Assembly: GCA_002269645.1 (NCBI GenBank)
Contig: NIVC01003876.1
Location: 1 to 64,000 of the forward strand
Origin: Macrostomum lignano
Lineage: Eukaryota
Direction of reading: 5' to 3'
DNA length: 64,000 bases
Under the pieces are notes generated by a model. It saw only the letters and a program-made list of their open reading frames with translations. It did not search any database and had not been told where the DNA came from. The translations under genes and the position numbers were made by a program. This document shows positions 11,994-64,000 of the stretch, one piece after another (the stretch's first letter is position 1; the number at the start of each line of letters is the position of its first letter).

Positions 11994-14120
11994 AGTTTAG
12001 TAAGACTTTCAATTAAAATGAATATTGAAGACTTTACAGACTTGAAGACTTGTCACCTGACAAATGAAACCAATTTCACAATGAAGCTAGTATAGTATCT
12101 GAATTAACTTAATTTATTTAGTGAAAAGAGCAATTTAAATAAGACTATTTAAAGTCTAAATAGTCAATCATTAAAACAAAAATACTGTAAATAATTAACC
12201 GTACGCTAGATTAATGCGCTATATAATGCTTTAATAAAAGCTTAAACAGTTTTTTACTATAAATATATAATATTTGATAAAATATCTATTCTATTATAAT
12301 TATTCTGGTTCCGCGATCGGTTATCACCAAGGCTTCCTTGAATCCTTGAAAATCTATCCAGATCAGTTAGTCAACCAACAAAACGATATAAAATAGTAAG
12401 CACAGCCACTAAAACAATTACAGAAAGGCAGACCAATAATTGACTACAAACTGCATTTCAGTGGGATCGACGATCCATGAGAAAAAGAGGATGGAACGAT
12501 GGAGTTATACTCCATATGATTAATACAAATTAATCTCTGAGCGCATCACCAGGATGTAAAACATTAGCCTCGTTGCGTAATTCTTAGGTACATCTGCACA
12601 CATACGTGTTTTACGTTCATGCATGCAAATTGTAGTAGGTATGGGACTTGTTCAAAAGAATCAAGACCGAGAGTTAGTGCAGGAAATTCTATGAATTACA
12701 TGCATCTTACATGTACGTATAAATGAACGTTTAAATTAACACAGCTAGAAATGAGAGACAATGGATCGAATTTCTACCTAGCATGTATATGATGCAATCA
12801 ACGATCGAAATGGCATATCGATTACAAATGACATACATGTACATGTATGTAAATTTTGTGTACGTAGGTGCATACATGTACACTGCACATACACGTGTAC
12901 ATTTTAATGTAAATGAATAACGTTCTTAGATCAGCCAATAGCCAATACCTCGCAATAGCCTTTCTATATTGCACCTCCTCATTGTTAAACTTATTTTTCT
13001 ACTCAAGTACATATAGAACTTGCTTGCTCTATATAGTGCTTCTTCTTAATAGTTTGCTTGCTTCAATAAAGTTCATGTACGTGTATGTACAGTACATAAG
13101 TTTTCATGTATTAGTAAGGCGATGTAAAATTATATACACAAATCAGTTGGGCTTCGGGCACGTGCCTAGAGAATTTTTTCTGGAGAATGATATGCTAGGG
13201 AATGATATATTATTACGAGTATATTTTGCCATTAAAATCGGGCACACACATGCATTATATGCAATAGCGCCAGCTATTGATGGGCTCGTAAACGTACACA
13301 AAAATTTACCTAGTACATTACTTGCACATCAGGTACATGTAGCTACTCCCTCTTGGCGAAAAAATACATGAATACATGTATATGTGTACATCTTAAAGTG
13401 GATTTGAAAGCTAACAAGCTGTTCTGTGGATGATATGTACACCGAAAATTGTAAAAATAATGATAAAAGCTTTCTTATATTTCTCTTCGATCATTACACT
13501 GGAAACATACACATGTGCTTTTGCGTACGCTATGGTTTAACAAAAAAGTTAATGTACATACAGATTACATATACATATTGTGCATTTGGTTGTTGCAGAT
13601 ATCAGGACTAATAGACTAAAGTAATTTAATTATATTTTCCATGTGCAGATTATTTAGTACAACCGTTCTACATGCTTTGCAATAAACAAAATTTACATAC
13701 ACAAACTCAGCATATTCCATTTAGATTCATTTAAGCAAGCTAAAAACTATACGAGTACACTGCATCTAGCTAATATTCATTACCGTAGATCATGCTAAAT
13801 ACATGTGCCTGTAGTTCTACTTCTTTAAAGCTACTGTATATACTTTAATATAATAAACTTTTCTAGATTAACTGGACCTATCGCTCCTCTGTACATAAGT
13901 ACACAAAGAGTAAAATAGAAACTGCATCTACATGTGTATGACTAATTTACAGACATCATTTACGAATCGCTAAATATTACATAGTGGGTATTAATTAGCT
14001 CTCCTAGTGAGTTTAATGGTGCAATTCTACGTCATCAAGCACTATACACACGATAACCACTTCGTGCTAAATTCGTGCTCAGGCTCAGCAGGAAGCAACC
14101 GCACTCCGATCCCGAGCCTT

Positions 14121-17100
14121 TCACACGAAGTCCTTCCTCATGAGGAACGTGAACCAGTAGGCCACATTGAACACTAGAAAGCACAGCGGATAGGCAAATA
14201 CACAGGCCTGATCGACTTTTTCCGCTTCAAACTGTCCAGCTGTTGCTCCTGATCCGTCTGGCTGCAGTTGCTGATGCTGCTGCTGATGCTGCTGCCGCTG
14301 TCGGATCCTTTGAGCGGCCTGGTGCTGCTGCCTCTGCGGCCTGTACCAGCTGTGATTGGCTCCGCGCCGGTGCCAAACGAAAGCACCCTCATCAAAATCC
14401 ACCAGGCCGCAACCTTCTTCGCCATCTTCGTCGTTCCTATTCCGACGGTTTCTAGTAGAAGCACTGACGTTGCTGATCACATTGTCAACTTCTTCGTCTG
14501 TATCATTGTTATCGCTGTTGTCTTCGACGTTTTGCTCTTCCGACGCGTCGAGTCGTCGCATTTCAATGCGCTGATGAAGCTGCTGCCGATTAGAACTCAG
14601 ATTCCTGCCGTACCGACTGTTCGCTGGCGTCTTGTCCCGCTGTTTCTTCTTGGATCCCGAGGCCAGAAGATTCCCGCCAAGACGCATCATCTCCTTGCGC
14701 ATCAGGTTGCGCAGCTCGTCCCTCAGTTGTCGCTGTTCGTGACGCCTGGCGAGCATGTTCACGACGGCGAACTCGAGCAGAGATGCGGTGACGAATGCAA
14801 GACAAGCAAATAGCCAAACGTCGATGGCTTTGATGTAGGAAACTCTTGGAAGATTCTGGAAAAAGTCATTATTGGGAAGAGCTAATTACTGATGCACAGT
14901 TAATCTGTATAAAGCCATGGGAGTTCGGAGTTGGGAGTTCAAGCCTGAATAGCTAAATTCACTGTCTCGCAGTTAAGCCTGCTTAGACGCATGCATTGTT
15001 TGGATTCAATGAGTGGAAAAGCTGCTTGTATAGAAAGCCTCACTTGGTTCAGTTGGTCCCAAAATGAACTAACTAAGCTCTCTATTATTGGCATTTCATC
15101 CTCAATCAAGCCCGTTCAGGCGTGCACAGTTACCTGCTAGCAGAATTGCTATAAACTTTCACGGGCAACTTGACAAGCACAATGCCTGCTCAACATGAAT
15201 TCATAAGCTTAATACAATTTTCTGCTCAAAAACTAGCAGCTTAGTAAGCTGCGTTAGAGTCAATGATGACTTAGCTAAATCTGATCGATCTATCGAATCT
15301 TGCCAAAATTTGTGTCGATTGTGTCGATTTGTGTCGATAGGTGCGCCAAATAAGTATCGGCCTATATGCTTCGTTTGAAGCATTTTTTCGAACTTTAACT
15401 TTCAACAAATTTGTCGCTTGAAATCGCAAAAATACTGTGTAAATCAGTTTATACCCTGGGTTGATACAGAGATGTCTACCAAACAATTTTAGCTTGGACC
15501 ACTGCTTCATACCTTGACCCATGATCTAGAGCCTGGAGGATCGCTTTGCTCTTACCTGTGATCCCAGAGCCTACAGCACTGCTCCATACCCCAACCTGTG
15601 ATCCTAGAGCCTACAGCACTAGCTGCTCCATACCCCAACTTGTCATCCTAGAGCCTACAGCACTGCTCCATACCCCAACCTGTGATCCCAGAGCCTACAG
15701 CACTGCTTCATACCCCAACCTGTGATCCCAGAGCCTACAGCATAAGGACCACCAGAAGTAGATGGCCTCATTAGTGGCTACGATTCACAATTGAATAATT
15801 CTAAAACCGCACCAACATACCTGCACCGTAGCAGCGCTCTGCGTCATGAGAGCCAGAACGGACAAGAGTCCCAGCGTGATCCTGGCTGGTACGGACTTGT
15901 AGTCAATCCAGAACGAGATCCAAGATATGGCCACGATCAGGACAGACGGCAGATATGTATAAATTAGATAAAATCCAAACTTTCGCACCAATTTGAACTC
16001 AACAAAGAGGCAGGTAAAAGCGCCAGTAGCGTTATAGGCTTTCTGACAGCTTCCGGACCGGACTGAGGGCAGCTCGAATTCGTTGAGAATGAGCTGCTGG
16101 TTGAGCGTAACGGACTCTTTGTCGAGCATCCAAACAAATTTCAGGTCGCTGAGCGCAAATCCGTAGCTGCCAATTTCCAACGGGCACTGCTGGGTGTCCA
16201 TAGGGAAATTCCACAGCTGGAATCAAATGTCGACAGTGCTTGTAGAGTTTGTTTCGAATGTTTTTTTATATTTGGCTATCGGCATTACAAAGACACTAAT
16301 ACAGGTCTTCGTAACTTTTGAAACAGTTCGGTCCTGCTGAACATGAATCAAACAGAGTATTATCCAGAGTCAGGACGCAAGCCGTCATGCTCTGAGCATG
16401 CGGATACGTCGCGAAGTTAGTTACTTCCGCCGGTTAATGTTAGGGAATTATCTTGAATGTGGACACTCTGGCAAACTCTTTGCTCTCTTTGACTTCTTAC
16501 CTGCATAGGACAAGCCAATTTAACCGTCAACTTCTGAGAAAAGGTAATCAACCCGTCCTGCTGCAGCCAGATCAGATAGTTCGGCGCCGTGATCACGTGT
16601 AAAAATCCGTATTTTGCATTGCGAAAAAACAGATCCGGTATCCACAATCGATCTTTGAGATAGCTCAGGCTAAACGTGTGCTTGTAGCCTCGGAATCGAA
16701 GTCGCGGATCGCGCCACTTCTGCCTGAGCAGCAGGTCCAAGCTGTAGTCCATGTCGATGACGTTAATGCTGCCGAAACTCTGCACGTGCATGTTGATCTC
16801 TACCACCGTCGGCTCGCCGCTGCCGCCGGGCCTGCGGATTGGTGAGAGCTTCTCCGGCTGCGCCACTGGCTCTCTGTGCGTCTAGACATCACTGGCCCTT
16901 TACTCTCAATTCAATGCCAGTTCAGTTCATCAAACACGTCCTGTCTCATTCTCTCAGTTTCTCTCTCTCTACTTATCAACCTCTCTGCCTCCCTCCCTTT
17001 CTCCATTTTGAGGGCACCATTTTGAGACTACTTGTAAAAGATCCCGACGCGACTCACCTATGATGACTCTCGTAATTCTCAAACAACAATCTGGAAATTT

Positions 17101-17323
17101 CCTCAACAGTATAGTTGCTATCAATAGACAGCGGTTCGGCAATGTCGGGTCCCAGGGGAACCATAGCAACCCGGTTGCTAGGCGGACGGGCAGACATGGC
17201 GTCGCGTAGTTCCGACAGTTGTCGTTTGCCAGTTGGCCTTTTGTCTGGAACGGCAGACTGGGGCAGACCAATTGTTGCGCAGGCCAGGCCAACTTGAAAT
17301 AGCAGCAGATATTGCAGGAACAT
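14121..17323 (-). CDS. GluCl: Cys-loop anion channel subunit, lophotrochozoan glutamate-gated chloride channel-like; complete, 4 exons, ~589 aa
   Basis: Exons 17323-17058, 16873-16501, 16216-15821 and 14855-14121 chain in frame with GT-AG introns. Features: signal peptide [25 protein letters not shown], Cys-loop [15 protein letters not shown], loop-C C..C, anion-type PAR before M2 (SVPARITLG), [10 protein letters not shown]3, and M4 [16 protein letters not shown]. The symbol is family-level only. Confidence 0.92.
15525..15745. repeat. ~40-bp minisatellite, ~5 copies
   Basis: TGTGATCCCAGAGCCTACAGCACTGCTCCATACCCCAACC units in GluCl intron 3. Confidence 0.88.
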
Positions 17324-17594
17324 TTCCGCAAAGGTATAAATTAAGAGTCCTAAATATTCTAAAGTTGGAATTACTCACCGACTTTTATCGAACGCAGCTA
17401 TTTATATTGGCGGAAGAATTCTTGTATAGATCGAACCGCAGCCTATCAGTGAGCAGTTGAAAATACTAGCGTAGCGTTCCACCATTGGCTGTTCAATGCA
17501 ACTTTTTCATGAACTTTTTCATGACTGCAAATGTTAGATTTGCAGTCTAACATATTGGAAAGCAGTTCGCCTAATAATGTACATCTTCCAAGGA

Positions 17595-17772
17595 GGGGCT
17601 TAAGCTCCAGGGGCTTTAGCACCAGGGGTATTATCACCAGGGGCTTTAGCACCAGAAAGGTTTATCACTAGGGGCTTTAGCACCAGAAAGGTTTATCACT
17701 AGGGGCTTTAGCACCAGAAAGGTTTATCACTAGGGGCTTTAGCACCAGGCCCGGCTTTAGCACCAGGGGCTT
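17595..17772. repeat. 15-bp-based minisatellite (AGGGGCTTTAGCACC)
   Basis: Tandem units; reverse complement of the array at 35450-35690. Confidence 0.85.
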
Positions 17773-18647
17773 CTCCATTTGGCTCCCTGGTATTTAACTT
17801 TTCAAAGAGTTTAACTGCTAATCTTTGAACGCATATCGACCGACTATCTGAATCCAAACGATGTAGAGATTACGGCTTGAATACAAATGTTTACTTTTTT
17901 AATTGGGCAGCTTCCGGTTGTATACATGTACTAAACTGTTGCAGTGTGCTGCTCATGACAATTTTTTAATTGTACCACTGCTGCCAATTGAGGCAACAGT
18001 GGACCACAGACAGATGAGAAGATTTGGTCGACCCCGAATTTGAGAGGGGATGCAGTGACATTGAGAAGTAATACACACATGTAGATGCATTTTTATGCAA
18101 TTCAGAAATATTAAAATAACGAATTCCAAACTTTCAAGTCAATGCAGATACACTGCAGTTGTTGCCAGTACATCGAAGCACAACAAGATTAACAAATAAT
18201 GCTAATAGTAGGTAAACCATTAGCCGTTCGTTGTTGAAGCGTTTTATTGTTTCATTATAAAAAAGCTAAACGACTTTAGCAACAAATCAACAGGCAAATG
18301 TATTTCGATTTCTTAGAATTTCTATTACATTGGATGTTAATAAAATAATTTGATGCAAATTAAGACGTTTTGCTTAGGCTGAGCATTTAGAAAAATCACA
18401 GTTCGACAACAAAAATAAATAGGAATCTCTACTATTAGTAGGCTACTTAGCAGTAGAAAAAAACTATAGTAAGTTTTGAAAAGTACAAAAATAGACTAAA
18501 TAGTAAATAAAAACCATCAAGTAAAAATTTCAGCAGAAGTCCAAGTGGGCGCTAGAAAATAATGATATTGAAAAAATCACAGTTACATATCCGGATACAA
18601 AAATAAAAATATATGATACAAAGTTGCTCTTTACATCCAAAAGCACT

Positions 18648-42535
<23,888 letters not shown>

Positions 42536-44564
42536 GTAGGTTCGCGAATTTACTGTTTAGAACGACAAATATTGCTTCACCAGCCTATTTGCTAAGGCTA
42601 GCTTACTTAGATTTTCGGAGCAGTTAACAATTTAGCAGTGGACGTCAATTAAAAGAAATATTTTGAATTAAGGAATAGTTTACCTATATTTACCTATAAA
42701 AGTTAAATCTATCTAATGCTGAAATTATAGATAAAATTATGAAAAAAATCATTAGTCATACTCCCATTTAGATTTTTAGCTAGTAAACCAGTTTTTTTCT
42801 ATTAAATGTTTACTTAAAAAATAGAATTGATATATTCCAATAGAAATATGATCACCATTAAACAAGTAGAAAGTTTAGATAAACTAATATTTTAGCTTAA
42901 CATCGTGAAGTTGAATTGAAAACAATTTTAAGAATTATAGCTAACTTGTAATTTTGAAAGCACTAGTGCTACTTGATTTAGCTAAAAATGCATATATCTA
43001 GCTTAACACTTCTACTTTATGATGTTAAAAGTTTTCTAACGATCCTAAAATTTTATAAAAATGAAAAACTTACTGCTAACTAAACAATTATTGTTAGCCC
43101 AGATAATCAATGGTTAAATACAAGACAGTATTTTTTAATTCTAAAATCTCATACCTCAGAAAAAAAACTTTGCATTCTTTTTTAGGCCTCAAAAGAAAGC
43201 ACTAATGGTAATGGATTTAGCAAAGATTATAGTAATGCTTTTCGTGTATATATAGCAAAGGAAAGTTTTGAATAAAATAGCATCCCTTTGTAAGGTTCAC
43301 AATAATAGATAAAGATAAATTTCAAATTATGATACAAAGTGTTAATTTGGTAATATTATGATTATCAATTGTGATCAATTGTGATCAATCGTGACTTTTG
43401 ATAAGTCAATGTTAGGTAGTGATCGAAAAAACTAAGCGATCGATTCCTCTTGAAAAGGCTCCAAAAACGGACATAAACGAATCCTATGCGACCAAGAAGA
43501 CAGATATATATATTAGCAAAAATTGTTTTACTTTTAAAATTCCACATGAATATCAGTAACGATGATAACACAATTGTTTAATAAATAAAATTATATACGC
43601 ACTAAATTTAGTAGGTTTTGTTTAAACTCGTACGTTATTGTAACATAATTTTAACTTCATTTCTTTAAATGTTTTTTCGCAAACTTGACAAAATGATTTT
43701 AATTCCAGCCGAACATGCTATGCTACCCAATCAAATTTTAAGAGAAGTGATTCTTTACGTAACCCTACAAAAGAAAAATATTCAACGAAGGTATTTTTTG
43801 TCTTTTGGTGGTATATTTCTACAATTTTATATTTAAACATTGTTAATGAGTGAGTGTCAGGTGAACGTGAAATACCTGATAATTACTTCGCTCTATGTTA
43901 TTAATAAGGAATGTAGAGGCTCATGTTCGAATATTTCTCTAAAATGCTATTTGTTATTTTTTCATATCAGTCATGTAAGTTTCCAGACACATTCGAAAGA
44001 ATTAAAAAAGAGCTGTTTTCAAATAGTTAGCTATTCTGATTCTTATTAACCAATGTTCAACAGAACAAAATTACTCGTGATTACTTGTTTTGTATTATGA
44101 TAAAAATCAATTACAGACCAATGCCTTATTAACTAGAATCAGTTTTAACTAGAAAATATTCTTGGTTTAGACCTTACTAGATTGTAATCTCATAGACTTT
44201 TCCTTACTATATTCAATTAGTTATACATATAATTATCGTTTAAATTTATGAGTAAATATACAGAGTAAATAGTATAAAAAATTGTTCTACCATTAGGGAC
44301 AAGATATATAAGTTTAATTGAAATGAAGATTCTATACATATTGGTTTCTAAATTTATTTCGGAAATTTCTATAAAATCGATTATAATTATTACAAGAGAA
44401 TTATTAAATATAAAATTTGAGCATTAAAAAACATTGGTGGCATGCAAATATATTTAATTTAGACCTAATCAATTTAAATAGTTATTCTGGTACATGCTTC
44501 ATCATCATTCCAGCCTAGCGGACCGCGAAACAGCGCCGCAGCTTCATCGGAGGCTGGGTCCAGA

Positions 44565-61691
<17,127 letters not shown>

Positions 61692-61844
61692 GTATGCTCA
61701 AAATTCACTGCTTTTATGCCTCACGGGCGGGTTAGTGCTTTGATTTGACGGTCTTCAACCTCTCTCTCGTTTCTTGTCTTCTTTGCGATGGCAGTCTGCT
61801 TTTTGTGTTCCCCGGGTTTAACTCTCTCCCCTTTCCAACTCTAC

Positions 61845-62430
61845 AATAGCTACCTCTCGTTCTCTCCCACTCTACCATAGCTAGCTCTCTCTCCCTCTCC
61901 CACCCTACCCTAGCTACCTCTCGTTCTCTCCCACTCTACCCTAGCTAGCTCTCTCTCCCTCTCCCACCCTACCCTAGCTACATCTTTTTCTCTCCCACTC
62001 TACCCTAGCCATCTATCCTTCTCTCCTACTCTACCCTAGCTACCTATCCTTCTCTCCCACTCTACCCTAGCTACCTATCCTTCTCTCCCACTCTATCCTA
62101 GCTGCCTATCCTTCTCTCCCACTCTATCCTAGCTACCTATCCTTCTCTCCCACTCTATCCTAGCTACCTATCCTTCTCTCCCACTCTACCCTAGCTAGCT
62201 CTCTCTCTCCCTCTCGCACTCTACTTTAGCTACCTTTCTCCCTCTCTTACCCTACCCTAGCTACCACTCGCTCCCTCTTCCACCCTACCCTAGCTACCAC
62301 TCTCTCCCTCTTCCACCCTACCCTAGCTACCACTCTCTCCCTCTTCCACTCTACCCTAGCTACCTATCCTTCTCTCCCACTCTACCCTAGCTACCTCGCT
62401 CCCCCTCTCCCACTCTACCCCACCTTTTAA
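61845..62430. repeat. ~30-bp minisatellite (CTCTCCCACTCTACCCTAGCTACCT...)
   Basis: Degenerate tandem units. Confidence 0.88.
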
Positions 62431-62959
62431 TCTTTCTCATCTACTTCAATCCTTCCTACTCTACCTGTAGCAAATTCTTTCAGCTTCATGATCAAAAAAT
62501 GCGTCATACAAGCCCACAATTTCTTTTGAATAGTGGATTTGCAGCTCACCAAAGAGCAGCCAGCATATTCGATATTTCAGACTTTTCCTGGCTTCACTGA
62601 GGTAGACGCGAAGATATGTTCGATTTTAATTAATCAATTCCAGCTTTTGTCACGCATCTACTCTCAATTTCCTATTCAATCTGCGAGTCAATGTCGCAAT
62701 TCTGTCCATAAAATTTAATCAAAAAGGCTTTTATGCGGAGAAATCAATCCTTTTGAGTTTTCTTCGAACACCAGCTTCACTGGGAATTTTTTTTACTGAG
62801 GCCTTGAAAAAATCGATGAGAGAGTTGACAAAGGTGTCCGGGAACGAGAACTGAAATGCTGCTGTCTCATCACGTCACCATGGGTTCTGATTGGAAAAAT
62901 TGAGTTATTATATAGTGAAGCAGCGATGTTAAGTCTCTACTTCCTGCATCTCCCTCTTT

Positions 62960-64000
62960 TCAGCTCCCTCTCTTCATCTGCCTCTCTTCATCTGCCTCTC
63001 TTCATCTGCCTCTCTTCATCTGCCTCTCTTCATCTGCCTCTCTTCATCTCCCTCTTTTCATCTGCCTCTCTTCATCTCCCTCTCTTCATCTGCCCCTCTT
63101 CATCTCCCTCTCTTCATCTCCCTCTCTTCATCTGCCCCTCTTCATCTCCCTCTCGTCATCTCCCTCTCTTCATCTCCCTCTCGTCATCTGCCTCTCTTCA
63201 TCTGCCTCTCTTCATCTGCCTCTCTTCATCTGCCTCTCATCATCTGCCTCTCTTCATCTCCCTTTCTTCATCTGCCTCTCTTTATCTGCCTCTCCTCATC
63301 TGCCCCTCTTCGTCTCCCTCTCTTCATCTCCCTCTCGTCATCTCCTTCTCGTCATCTCCCTCTCCTCATCTGCCCCTCTTCATCTCCCTTTCTTCATCTG
63401 CCTCTCTTCGTCTGCCCCTCTTCAGCTCCCTCTTTTCATCTGCCCCTCTTCATCTTCCTCTCTTCATCTGCCCCTCTTCAGCTTCCTCTCTTCATCTGCC
63501 CCTCTTCATCTCCCTCTCTTCATCTGCCTCTCTTCATCTGCCTCTTTTCATCTCCCTCTTTTCATCTGCCTCTTTTCATCTCCCTCTCTTCATCTCGTCA
63601 TCTCCCTCTCTTCATCTGCCTCTTTTCATCATCCTCTCTTCATCTCCCTCTCGTCATCTCCCTCTCTTCATCTGCCCCTCTTCAGCTCCCTCTCTTCATC
63701 TGCCCCTCTTCATCTTCCTCTCTTCATCTGCCTCTTTTCATCTCCCTCTCTTCATCTCCCTCTCGTCATCTCCCTCTCTTCATCTGCCTCTCTTCATCTC
63801 CCTCTCTTCATCTGCCCCTCTTCAGCTCCCTCTCTTCATCTGCCCCTTTTCATCTCCCTCTCTTCATCTCCCTCTCGTCATCTTCCTCTCTTCATCTGCC
63901 CCTTTTCATCTCCCTCTCTTCATCTCCCTCTCGTCATCTCCCTCTCTTCATCTGCCCCTCTTCATCTTCCTCTCTTCATCTGCCTCTTTTCATCTCCCTC
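62960..64000. repeat. 14-bp minisatellite (CTCTCTTCATCTGC), runs off the window
   Basis: Tandem units. Confidence 0.96.

Noticed and set aside
12913-13371. 152-aa plus-strand ORF
   Set aside because: AT-rich with I/L/Y-biased composition and no motif; it lies in the palindrome-rich non-coding domain.
62470-62900. Next Roco exon after 61691
   Set aside because: Candidate acceptors give early stops or no COR-like sequence; the next exon probably lies beyond the window.

Overview
This is eukaryotic (animal) DNA, not prokaryotic. GT-AG introns, GC-rich polyQ-containing exons, a lophotrochozoan-type GluCl and introns packed with tandem repeats suggest a free-living flatworm such as Macrostomum; that is my inference, not a database result. 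By chaining splice phases by hand I reconstructed seven protein-coding genes: the 3' end of a Thr-rich GPI-anchor-type protein (+), a 2-exon orphan gene (-), a complete 5-exon tetraspanin (-), a complete 4-exon anion-selective Cys-loop channel (-), a ~1680-aa 27-exon coiled-coil gene (-) that needs a 7-nt microexon, an intronless gene nested in one of its introns on the opposite strand (+), and the 5' part of a Neuralized(NHR)-Roc-COR gene (+) with non-canonical GTPase motifs. Mobile DNA comprises a young 5'-truncated RTE-clade retrotransposon with a 10-bp TSD and a tRNA-like SINE plus minisatellite bounded by 13-bp direct repeats. Most long ORFs in the supplied track are artefacts of micro/minisatellites. 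I found no CRISPR, rRNA or intact tRNA. Exon coordinates are hand-derived and need RNA-seq confirmation.
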